DNA of 35,200 nt from an uncultured Oscillospiraceae bacterium (GTDB lineage Bacteria > Bacillota > Clostridia > Oscillospirales > Oscillospiraceae): NCBI GenBank assembly GCA_944386875.1, contig CALXCS010000101.1:1-35200 (forward strand), read 5' to 3'. Positions within the stretch are counted from its first letter, which is position 1, and every line of letters starts with the position of its first letter. A model generated the notes under the pieces. It worked only from the letters and a program-made list of their open reading frames with translations. It searched no databases and was not told where the DNA came from. The translations under genes were made by a program, and so were the position numbers. Below, one piece after another: positions 1-7,903 of the stretch.

Positions 1-213
1 GGCGTTGTCAGGGAGATGAATACTCATATTGAAGTTTTGGAATCTTTTTGCAAAAACGCGGCAAACAGTGGCTTTTATGTGGAAAACTTAACGTATTCGC
101 CTATAAAAGGGCCGGAGGGAAATATAGAATATCTTGGACATTTAGTGAGTGAACCATGTAAACTTGAAATTGATATTTCAGATCTGGTGGAGAAATCACA
201 CAGAGAATTGTAA
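1..213 (+). CDS. tlyA: C-terminal fragment of a TlyA-family rRNA 2'-O-methyltransferase (5' end lies outside the window)
   Basis: The frame is open from base 1 to TAA at 211-213. The tail 'YSPIKGPEGNIEYLGHL' resembles the conserved C-terminal block of TlyA/FtsJ-like methyltransferases. It sits upstream of nadK-argR-recN, as in other Firmicutes. Confidence 0.6.
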   Translation, partial: GVVREMNTHIEVLESFCKNAANSGFYVENLTYSPIKGPEGNIEYLGHLVSEPCKLEIDISDLVEKSHREL

Positions 214-228
214 GTTGTTAAGGGGAAA

Positions 229-1065
229 TTGACCGTGACTCAAAAGATTATCCTCTATGTAAATCCTGACAGGGATGTGGGTTTTAAAGTATCCGGCAGA
301 GTTTCAGATATGCTCAGGTCGATGGACACGGAATATGAGATATGTGCGTATCCTGAACAGCTCCGCGAAATTCTCGCTGAGACATCAATGGTCTCAATGG
401 TGATAACTTTTGGTGGGGATGGTACGCTTCTACATTGTGCCCGTGCGATTTCTGGCCTTGATATACCAATACTGGGAGTAAATCTTGGAAATAAAGGTTT
501 TATTGCAGAACTTGAGAGCGATGAACTTGAGCTTGTACATGCGGCGCTGGAAGGTCATTATACGCTTCAGCGCAGAATGATGCTTGATGTGTCAGTAGTG
601 AGGGACGGAAAACCAATCTACACGGATTTTGCGCTGAATGATGTTGTTGTGAGCGGCCTGGCAAGGGTTATAGAGATAGATTTATTTGGCGATGGGCGGA
701 ACATTATGACTTTCTCAGGTGATGGCCTGATAATTTCGACACCGACAGGCTCAACGGCGTACTCTATGGCGGCCGGAGGACCGATAGTGGAACCAGATGC
801 TGAGAATATAATCATTACGCCGATATGCCCCCATGTGCTTTGGGCAAAGCCGTATGTTTTGGCGCCTCAGAGAGTTGTTACAGTTGACATGCACAGACTT
901 GGAGAGAAACAGGCATATCTATCCTCAGACGGCAGCGATTCTTTCAGGCTTGTTTCAAATGATGTTGTCATTGTGAAAAAATCTGATTTGACTACTTCAC
1001 TGGTGCGCTTGGCAGATAGAAGCTTTTACGAAAAAGTTAGTGAGAAACTGGGAGAGAAACAATGA
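229..1065 (+). CDS. nadK: NAD(+) kinase
   Basis: 278 aa with the GGDGTLL motif and the 'STPTGSTAYSMAAGGPIV' block typical of NadK/PpnK. TTG start at 229 with AAGGGG upstream. The stop overlaps the argR start (ATGA). Confidence 0.9.
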   Translation: MTVTQKIILYVNPDRDVGFKVSGRVSDMLRSMDTEYEICAYPEQLREILAETSMVSMVITFGGDGTLLHCARAISGLDIPILGVNLGNKGFIAELESDELELVHAALEGHYTLQRRMMLDVSVVRDGKPIYTDFALNDVVVSGLARVIEIDLFGDGRNIMTFSGDGLIISTPTGSTAYSMAAGGPIVEPDAENIIITPICPHVLWAKPYVLAPQRVVTVDMHRLGEKQAYLSSDGSDSFRLVSNDVVIVKKSDLTTSLVRLADRSFYEKVSEKLGEKQ

Positions 1066-1511
1066 AAGAGAAAAGACAGAAAAAGATTCTTGAGCTTATA
1101 TCGGTGATGGATATAGACACACAGAACCAACTTATTGAGGAACTTAAAAAAGCCGGTATAGAGAGCACACAGGCAACCATATCAAGGGACATAAAAGATC
1201 TACGGCTTATAAAGGAGCTGACTACGAAAGGAACTTACAGGTATGTGGTGCCAATGGGCGGCGCTGCCGATCATTCGGAGAGGCTAAAAAACATATTTAG
1301 AGAGAGTGTGACAGATTATGTTTGCGCCCAAAATATTGTTGTAATAAAAACTCTGCCGGGGCTTGCTTCAGCTGCGTGCAGCGCGATAGATAAATTGAAC
1401 CTCGACAACCTGGCAGGGACGCTTGCAGGAGATGATACCGCATTTATCGCAATGCTCAATAATGAAGCCGCAGAGAAACTGTGCCGTGAAATAGGCGAGT
1501 ATTTTGTTTGA
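1062..1511 (+). CDS. argR: Arginine repressor ArgR/AhrC
   Basis: 149 aa. The N-terminal winged helix contains 'TQATISRDIKDLRL', and the C-terminal oligomerisation domain contains 'GTLAGDDT'. Classic position upstream of recN. Confidence 0.9.
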   Translation: MKEKRQKKILELISVMDIDTQNQLIEELKKAGIESTQATISRDIKDLRLIKELTTKGTYRYVVPMGGAADHSERLKNIFRESVTDYVCAQNIVVIKTLPGLASAACSAIDKLNLDNLAGTLAGDDTAFIAMLNNEAAEKLCREIGEYFV

Positions 1512-1537
1512 CAAGCTGAAAACAGAGAGATGATCAT

Positions 1538-3229
1538 ATGCTTACTCTTCTTCATATAGAGAATATAGCGGTTGTAGAAAAAACGGATATAGAGTTTGAA
1601 CGCGGACTGAATGTACTTACAGGTGAGACAGGCGCAGGAAAATCTATCATCATTGATTCACTTGAAGCTGTTTTGGGGTGGAGAACTTCCCGAGAGATCG
1701 TAAGACGCGGAGCAAAAAACGCATTGGTGACTGCGGTTTTTTCAGATACGGACTGCCAGCAATGGTTTACAGAGAATGGCGTTGAAAGCAGCGACGAGGT
1801 AGTGCTTATGCGCCGAATTGGAGAGGATGGAAAGAGTTCGTGCAGGGTTAACGGCGTGCCTGTATCAACCTCGCAGCTGCGGGAATTAGGCTCTTATCTT
1901 ATAGACATACACGGACAAGGTGACGGGCAGAAACTCACCGACGAGAGATATCACAGGGATTACCTTGACTCTTTTTGCGCTGACCAAAAGGAGCTGGAGG
2001 CCTATGCAAATTCATATAAAAAGCTGAAAGAGGTCCAGCGGGAGCTTGATGCTCTGTCCATGGATGAGAGCGAGAGGGCCCGACGTATCGATACCCTTAC
2101 TTATCAAATTGATGAGATCGAGAGAGCCCATATAATACCTGGAGAATACCAGGAAAAATTAACACGAAGAGATCTGCTGAAAAGTGCAGGAAGATTGATG
2201 GGAGCTGTTGCGGAAGCCGCTGCGGCGCTTTATGGCAGCGACAGCGGAGACGGCGCTCTCGATCTGATTACTTCCGCTTTGGGCTCTATTGAACATGCAA
2301 TGAGGTTTTCGCAGGAGCTTGGCTCTATATATGAGAAACTCAATGACCTAAGATATGCCGCCGAAGATACCGCCAATGATCTTGTTGATTTGAGAGACAG
2401 GCTGAATTTTTCACCTGAGGAACTAGACCAGCTTGATGAACGGCTTGACACATTAAAGAGAGTGCTCAGAAAATACGGAGGCAGCGAAGAGGCCGTCTTA
2501 GAATATTTGGAGGAGATACGCGCGGAATTGGGCGATGTGGAGTCGTATCAGGAGCGTATTGATGAACTAGAGGCACGCTTAGAGAAGCGTAGGAAAGACA
2601 CGATTGCGTTGGCTGGCGAACTCTCTGCGAAACGCAGGAAAGGCAGTAAAAAGCTGCAAGAGCTGATAATCAAAGAGTTGCATGAACTGTCAATGGCAGG
2701 AGCTGACTTTGCTGTTGAAATTAAAAGCCTCGATGAGCCGGGACCAACTGGTATGGATGACGTCAGGTTTTTAATCGCAGCAAATAAAGGGGAGACGATG
2801 GGGAGAATCTCCAGAGTCGCTTCAGGAGGAGAACTGTCAAGAGTAATGTTGGCAATGAAGACAGTGCTGGCAGATGGAGACAGTGTCCAGTCTATGGTAT
2901 TTGATGAGATTGATACCGGTGTGTCGGGGATTGCGGCTCAGCGTGTGGCTGAGAAACTGGCATCCATAAGCCGGACAAAGCAGGTGATATGTGTGACACA
3001 TCTGCCACAAATATCAGCTATGGCAGATACACATTTTTCAATAACAAAATTGGAAGCTGATGGTAGAACATCTACAAGTGTCGAAAAACTGAACGAATCT
3101 GGTCGCAAAAGGGAGATCGCCAGGCTTACAGGCGGAGACAATATCACTGAAACCTCGCTTATGGCGGCTCAGGAGCAGATGAATTATGCGGCCGAGTTTA
3201 AAAAAAGGATCGACAGTGCCAGTGATTGA
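1538..3229 (+). CDS. recN: DNA repair protein RecN
   Basis: 563 aa. Walker A 'GETGAGKS', a long central coiled coil, the signature 'SGGELSR' and Walker B 'VFDEIDTG'. Confidence 0.95.
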   Translation: MLTLLHIENIAVVEKTDIEFERGLNVLTGETGAGKSIIIDSLEAVLGWRTSREIVRRGAKNALVTAVFSDTDCQQWFTENGVESSDEVVLMRRIGEDGKSSCRVNGVPVSTSQLRELGSYLIDIHGQGDGQKLTDERYHRDYLDSFCADQKELEAYANSYKKLKEVQRELDALSMDESERARRIDTLTYQIDEIERAHIIPGEYQEKLTRRDLLKSAGRLMGAVAEAAAALYGSDSGDGALDLITSALGSIEHAMRFSQELGSIYEKLNDLRYAAEDTANDLVDLRDRLNFSPEELDQLDERLDTLKRVLRKYGGSEEAVLEYLEEIRAELGDVESYQERIDELEARLEKRRKDTIALAGELSAKRRKGSKKLQELIIKELHELSMAGADFAVEIKSLDEPGPTGMDDVRFLIAANKGETMGRISRVASGGELSRVMLAMKTVLADGDSVQSMVFDEIDTGVSGIAAQRVAEKLASISRTKQVICVTHLPQISAMADTHFSITKLEADGRTSTSVEKLNESGRKREIARLTGGDNITETSLMAAQEQMNYAAEFKKRIDSASD

Positions 3230-3255
3230 CATTGTTTATCATGATGTGATAAAAT
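3226..3255 (+). promoter_or_regulatory. Candidate sigma-A promoter for tyrS
   Basis: TTGACA (3226-3231), 18-nt spacer, extended -10 TGaTAAAAT (3247-3255). It overlaps the last recN codons and lies about 75 nt upstream of the tyrS ATG. Confidence 0.5.
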
Positions 3256-3332
3256 CCCAGTACTGCAGTGAAATTTTACTGGATATATTCTAGATAAAAT
3301 AAATTTTTCAAATCAAAAAAGGGGAAAGATCG

Positions 3333-4553
3333 ATGACAATTTATGAAGAGCTGGAGGCCCGTGGACTTATCGCCCAGGTGACCGATGAAAAAGAGATACG
3401 GGAGATTGTAAACGGTGGTAAGGCCAAGTTCTATATCGGGTTTGACCCGACGGCGGACAGCTTGCATGTGGGTCATTTTATGGCTCTGTGTCTGATGAAA
3501 AGACTGCAGATGGCCGGTAATACACCGGTAGTTCTCATTGGGGGTGGAACTGGATATATTGGGGACCCTTCAGGCAGAACTGATATGCGGTCAATGATGA
3601 CTCCAGAGACCATACAGCACAATTGTGACTGCTTTAAGGTCCAGATGAGCAGGTTCATCGAGTTCGGAGAGGATAAAGCCATTATGGTGAATAACGCTGA
3701 CTGGCTTTTGAACCTGAACTATATCGACCTTCTCCGCGAGGTAGGCGCATGTTTTTCGGTGAACAATATGCTGAGAGCTGAGTGCTATAAGCAGCGCATG
3801 GAGAAGGGCCTGTCATTCCTGGAGTTTAACTACATGATAATGCAGAGCTATGACTTCTACTACCTGTATCAGCACTATGGCTGCAACATGCAGTTTGGCG
3901 GCGATGACCAGTGGTCTAACATGCTGGGCGGTACAGAGCTTATACGCCGCAAACTTGGAAAAGACGCCTATGCTATGACCATTACGCTTCTTCTGAACTC
4001 TGAGGGAAAGAAAATGGGGAAGACAGCAGCCGGTGCGGTGTGGCTTGACCCGAAAAAGACATCGCCGTACGATTTCTACCAGTATTGGCGCAATGTTGAG
4101 GACGCCGATGTCCTTAAATGTTTGCGCATGCTCACGTTCCTTCCGCTGGAACAGATAGACGAGATGGATAAGTGGGAGGGCAGCCAGCTTAATCAGGCCA
4201 AGGAAATACTGGCATTTGAACTTACAAAACTGGTACATGGAGAAGAAGAGGCCAGCAGTGCTCAGGAGGCGGCCAGATCCATCTTCGGAGGCGGCGGCGC
4301 CGAGGGGATGCCCACAGCGATAGTTGAAGAGTCTGACCTTACTGATGGCAGTATGGATATTCTCACCTTGCTGGTTAAATCAGGGCTTTGCCAGTCCAGA
4401 TCCGATGCCCGCAGGAATGTGCAGCAGGGCGGCGTGACTGCTGACGATGAAAAGGTCACAGACGTGGATCTTAAGTTCGACGGGGAGATTCTTCGTAAAG
4501 GTATTGTCCTCAGAAGAGGCAAGAAAAATTTCAAAAAAGTTGTTTTACAGTGA
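3333..4553 (+). CDS. tyrS: Tyrosine--tRNA ligase
   Basis: 406 aa. HIGH motif as 'HVGH', KMSKS motif as 'KMGKT', and a C-terminal S4-like domain. GGGGAAAG RBS upstream of the ATG. Confidence 0.95.
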   Translation: MTIYEELEARGLIAQVTDEKEIREIVNGGKAKFYIGFDPTADSLHVGHFMALCLMKRLQMAGNTPVVLIGGGTGYIGDPSGRTDMRSMMTPETIQHNCDCFKVQMSRFIEFGEDKAIMVNNADWLLNLNYIDLLREVGACFSVNNMLRAECYKQRMEKGLSFLEFNYMIMQSYDFYYLYQHYGCNMQFGGDDQWSNMLGGTELIRRKLGKDAYAMTITLLLNSEGKKMGKTAAGAVWLDPKKTSPYDFYQYWRNVEDADVLKCLRMLTFLPLEQIDEMDKWEGSQLNQAKEILAFELTKLVHGEEEASSAQEAARSIFGGGGAEGMPTAIVEESDLTDGSMDILTLLVKSGLCQSRSDARRNVQQGGVTADDEKVTDVDLKFDGEILRKGIVLRRGKKNFKKVVLQ

Positions 4554-4624
4554 GTTATTAATGATAATTTTGAATAAAAAATTATACAAAATTATCAGTG
4601 TATAGGCAATCAGAAAGCACTAAT

Positions 4625-4667
4625 CGCCTGTTCCTATGACTGAGCCAATCAGCCTGTGGAACAGGCG
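4625..4667 (+). terminator. Long-loop hairpin downstream of tyrS (possible weak terminator or structured RNA)
   Basis: Perfect 10-bp stem CGCCTGTTCC (4625-4634) / GGAACAGGCG (4658-4667) with a 23-nt loop, followed by GTATTCTTT. The U-tract is poor. Confidence 0.3.
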
Positions 4668-4826
4668 GTATTCTTTGCCCTTAAAAGAAAATCCTCAAAT
4701 TAACTCAACAACCAGTTCCAAATCATATGGAAATATTCCCATGTGAGCTCCATCTCACATATCCCCCGTTTTAAAGCATATTGAACCAGTATATGGGCTT
4801 ATGCATATGGAATAACTTGTATAATA

Positions 4827-4855
4827 TTGTATTTTACGATAAGTTAGAATATAAT
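4827..4855 (+). promoter_or_regulatory. Candidate promoter for the 4922 gene
   Basis: TTGTAT (4827-4832), 17-nt spacer, TATAAT (4850-4855), about 65 nt upstream of the ATG. Confidence 0.35.
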
Positions 4856-4871
4856 GCATGATATGCATGAT
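4854..4871 (+). repeat. Tandem 9-mer ATGCATGAT x2 (each contains the palindrome ATGCAT)
   Basis: Read directly: ATGCATGAT at 4854-4862 and again at 4863-4871. It overlaps the last two bases of the candidate -10. A third ATGCAT is at 4801-4806. Confidence 0.6.
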
Positions 4872-4921
4872 GCTGCTCCAGAGGGCTGCTATACTGAAAT
4901 ATGTTTTAAGGAGCGCTAATA

Positions 4922-6232
4922 ATGAATGTGATAAATCCTTTCAAAAAACTGAAGTTTGACAATTACTTTTTCCCCGTCGCGGGCCTTGGGCTTGCAGTGC
5001 TGGCCTTGGTACTGGTCTTCATAGTGCGTTGGCCGTTGGGCTTTGCGGTTTGCGGTGTCGCCATGTTTGTTAATCTCGGGATCGAGCCAGTGTCGCCGGA
5101 GATCAGTGACACCCGTCCTGTGGCGGCCATCAAGCGAATCATTTTCTGGCTTAGCAGCGTGGGTTGTTCTGTCGCCTTTGTCTTTAACTGGCTCTCCATG
5201 GACCCTGAAGGGCGTATATTGTTCATAAACTGGCCAATTGAAGAGTACAGTGTCTCCAGCATGATTGTTGCAGGTATCTGCTGCCTGATATATTTTGTCA
5301 CACTGTTCTCCTTTTCGCTTCCTGAACACCGCAGACTCCAAAGGCAGGGCGCAACCGTAAAGATGAAGGGCGTGGACGGCAACATGTACCTGATGCCAGG
5401 CACCCCTGATGCGGGTTGGAGGCTCTATTGGAGCTTGGACGGATTGAACCTGGGTATCGACAACTATCAGATGGTGGGAGACACTGCGGTGGTGAAACCT
5501 CTGCTGATACAGCGTCTGGCAGACCTTACCTATGAGCAATTCCTGCATAATCAATTCCAGCTGACGGACAAGCCCCTCAATATCGATACGAAGAAGTGGG
5601 GCAAGGGCAAACTTTACGATCCTGAGAAATTGTGGGCTACCTTCTCCTACGCCTTCCAGGTCAGCACGGCGCGGTATATGGAAGAGCGGGGGCGTCAAGA
5701 CGAGGCCATGAAGTACATGGACCAGGGCGCAGACATCCTGCGGGAGCGGTACCGATATGTGGACCGGCATCAAATATTGGACGCAGAGAAAACAGCGGAG
5801 AAGATCTACAACGCGCACACCGAAAATACCCGCTATGCAGGCGAGGCGGCCTTTACCAATGCGTTGAGCAGCGCCAAGAGAGCGCAGGCAGCCGTCGAAA
5901 AGGAGACGCGCGAATATGAGGCCGGCGCTGCGGACCGCAGGGCAGAGCTGGAAGACCAGTACTACAGGGAACAGGAGAGAGCACGCAGGAAAGAGCAGCT
6001 GCGAGCTGAATATGAGGAAAAACTGAAACAGGTTGACGACAAATTTAACGCTCTTGCTTCCGCCCAGGACGGTACACTCTACAGCGCCTGGCACGACTCT
6101 AGTTTTTCTGGAAGTAATACAGATGCGGACACCTACCGCCGCCGCGAATTCCTGCGTAGTGAAGAAAAAGACAAATATCGCAGGGAGTACGAGGACGCTC
6201 TCAGAGAGCTGGAACAGGAAGATGAGGAATAA
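4922..6232 (+). CDS. Hypothetical membrane protein: N-terminal TM helices, central globular region, highly charged coiled-coil C-terminus
   Basis: 436-aa ORF. AAGGAG RBS lies 8 nt upstream of the ATG. There are 3-4 hydrophobic helices in the first ~130 aa, and the tail is rich in E/R/K heptad-like sequence. I recognise no family. The sense strand is preferred over the mirror antisense ORF because of the RBS and the protein-like composition. Confidence 0.75.
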   Translation: MNVINPFKKLKFDNYFFPVAGLGLAVLALVLVFIVRWPLGFAVCGVAMFVNLGIEPVSPEISDTRPVAAIKRIIFWLSSVGCSVAFVFNWLSMDPEGRILFINWPIEEYSVSSMIVAGICCLIYFVTLFSFSLPEHRRLQRQGATVKMKGVDGNMYLMPGTPDAGWRLYWSLDGLNLGIDNYQMVGDTAVVKPLLIQRLADLTYEQFLHNQFQLTDKPLNIDTKKWGKGKLYDPEKLWATFSYAFQVSTARYMEERGRQDEAMKYMDQGADILRERYRYVDRHQILDAEKTAEKIYNAHTENTRYAGEAAFTNALSSAKRAQAAVEKETREYEAGAADRRAELEDQYYREQERARRKEQLRAEYEEKLKQVDDKFNALASAQDGTLYSAWHDSSFSGSNTDADTYRRREFLRSEEKDKYRREYEDALRELEQEDEE

Positions 6233-6323
6233 GTAGCGGCGTTGCCTATACAGAAGTCACGGTATAAAATCACAGAAGCCCAGGGAGAAATACGATCTTA
6301 AAAAGATAAGATGGTGGCAACTT

Positions 6324-6779
6324 ATGAGGAGTGAAGTTAAGCTGGCACTAGTCGGGATAGCACCTCTGGCGGCCGGTTATCTTTTAAATTTTATATGGAC
6401 TTTGGCTGACGCTATCTCCGGCATAGCAATCCTTCTCTTGGGCGTAATGTTTCTGGCCCTGTGGGGATACGCAGCATATAAATTATCTTCTAATGATAAG
6501 AAAATTTTGCCTCAGGTGCTGTCAATGTGCGCCTTTGCCGCTTTGATGCTGCTCTTGGTGCTTTATCAGGAAATCGTGAGAAATGCCTATTTGGGGAGTA
6601 TTATAGGTTCATTGCCGCAGCTCTACTTCCTGCCGTGGCTGACCCTCGCCTCGTCGTTCTTTGTGCCGTTTGCCGGATTTGTTGACGTACTCAGGATATG
6701 GCCAGCGTACATAATTGTATTTGTTTTACTGTTTGCTATAAGTTTTTTGGGAATATATAAAAAAAGGAAGTCTATATAG
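6324..6779 (+). CDS. Hypothetical small integral membrane protein (about 4 TM)
   Basis: 151 aa and almost entirely hydrophobic, ending in 'YKKRKSI'. GGTGG lies upstream of the ATG. There is no terminator between it and the 4922 gene. TAG stop, followed by a strong terminator. Confidence 0.7.
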   Translation: MRSEVKLALVGIAPLAAGYLLNFIWTLADAISGIAILLLGVMFLALWGYAAYKLSSNDKKILPQVLSMCAFAALMLLLVLYQEIVRNAYLGSIIGSLPQLYFLPWLTLASSFFVPFAGFVDVLRIWPAYIIVFVLLFAISFLGIYKKRKSI

Positions 6780-6802
6780 TTTTTCCTCTGATGGTAGAAA
6801 CG

Positions 6803-6835
6803 AAAAAATGGAGCCGTACAAGCGGCTCCATTTTT
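6803..6835. terminator. Bidirectional intrinsic terminator
   Basis: A6 tract, stem GGAGCCG (6810-6816) / CGGCTCC (6823-6829), 6-nt loop, T5 tract. It lies between convergent genes. Confidence 0.8.
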
Positions 6836-6845
6836 CATAAATAAA

Positions 6846-7703
6846 TTAAAAAGAAATATTCAATAAGTCAAAACATACCCCTATGATTACGCTGGCAATA
6901 TAGAGTACACACAACAACTTTAGATTTTCCGACATATGCCTTTTATTTATTCTGAAAAGGACAAGGAGACCGACTCCTGAAGCTGCCAGCAAGCCGGACA
7001 GCATGGCGCCTGTGCTCATTGACCCCGAAAGGAAGAGCTCAGTTATCACAATTGAAGACGCGCAATTAGGAATGAGCCCGACAACTGCTGCGAGCATTGG
7101 TCCCGCTATGGGTTTATTCAGTATAATGCCGGCAAAAGCATCCTCCCCAATATAGTGTATTGCTGCATTTAAAAGGAAAACTATTATCAGGATAAAAGAG
7201 GCGATTTGAAGAGTATGTAAGAGCGAGGACACCAATATGCCGCGTTCCTCACAGTGGCAATGCTCCTGCTCACATATTTCGTGTAGATTGACCGTTTCTC
7301 CATCGTGCTTGAAAAAAAGGAATACTTTGTCCACCAGCAGACCAACAACTAAACCGGCGGCCAACTTTGTTGCAAGCACTTTTACTATCAAAGACGGAGC
7401 GGCTGCACTAGATATCATTATTGGTAACATCTCGTCTGATGTGGATAAGAAAACTGCCAATAGAGTGCCAGCCGATATAAGCCGTTGAGCATAGAGATTG
7501 GAGGCTGAGGCGGAAAACCCGCATTGGGGGACAAGCCCGAGAGCCGATCCAATTACAGGACCCCATGCCCCAGACTGACGGACCAGCTTCAGTGAGCCGC
7601 CTTCTGCCTTCCTCTCTATGACCTCTAAAATGAGATATGTTATAAAGAGAAATGGTAATAACTTTAATGTGTCAAGTAGTGCGTCGAGAATAACATCTGT
7701 CAT
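6846..7703 (-). CDS. Putative heavy-metal exporter of the ArsP_2 / DUF2899 10-TM family
   Basis: The N-terminus 'MTDVILDALLDTLKLLPFLF...GLVPQCGFSASASNLYA...FLSTSDEMLP' matches my memory of the PF11449-type permeases. A Cys/His-rich loop 'HEICEQEHCHCEE' is present. The start is moved to the ATG at 7703, which has AGGAGG 7 nt upstream; the ORF track extends to 7769. Confidence 0.7.
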   Translation of the reverse strand: MTDVILDALLDTLKLLPFLFITYLILEVIERKAEGGSLKLVRQSGAWGPVIGSALGLVPQCGFSASASNLYAQRLISAGTLLAVFLSTSDEMLPIMISSAAAPSLIVKVLATKLAAGLVVGLLVDKVFLFFKHDGETVNLHEICEQEHCHCEERGILVSSLLHTLQIASFILIIVFLLNAAIHYIGEDAFAGIILNKPIAGPMLAAVVGLIPNCASSIVITELFLSGSMSTGAMLSGLLAASGVGLLVLFRINKRHMSENLKLLCVLYIASVIIGVCFDLLNISF

Positions 7704-7740
7704 TTGGGCCTCCTGAGTTAAGTACAGATTGCAAATTCCT

Positions 7741-7769
7741 ATTTTAACATATTTTTTGCCAATATACAA
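7741..7769 (-). promoter_or_regulatory. Candidate sigma-A promoter for the exporter gene
   Basis: On the minus strand: TTGTAT (7769-7764), 17-nt spacer, TAAAAT (7746-7741). Confidence 0.4.
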
Positions 7770-7842
7770 TAATTTAAGGCTATTTATGGTTTTACTGGCT
7801 GCAAATGTACAGTTTGATTGATATTTAAAGAAATTTTAACTC

Positions 7843-7871
7843 TTAAAATATTGATGTCTTTATGCTAAAAT
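7843..7871 (+). promoter_or_regulatory. Candidate extended -10 promoter for recG
   Basis: TTAAAA (7843-7848), 17-nt spacer, TGcTAAAAT (7863-7871). It lies inside the over-extended ORF-track start. Confidence 0.35.
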
Positions 7872-7903
7872 ATGTTGAGCACATGAATTGGGAGTGTTTT
7901 TCT

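Noticed and set aside
3230-3332. Expected T-box leader upstream of tyrS
   Set aside because: Only about 100 nt separate the recN stop from the tyrS ATG, and the candidate promoter leaves a leader of about 75 nt. No specifier-loop/terminator architecture and no T-box core (GGUGGUACCGCG-like) sequence is visible. tyrS here appears not to be T-box regulated. Confirm with an Infernal scan.
4916-6094. 392-aa ORF on the minus strand, fully overlapping the 4922-6232 gene
   Set aside because: It lies in the exact mirror codon register of the sense gene, and it is open simply because the sense gene lacks TTA/CTA/TCA codons. It starts on GTG with no RBS. Its translation is low-complexity (L/F/V/R/C-rich) with no protein-like features. 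The sense ORF has a proper RBS and TM/coiled-coil architecture. I treat it as a composition artefact, though the cause is reported as a finding.
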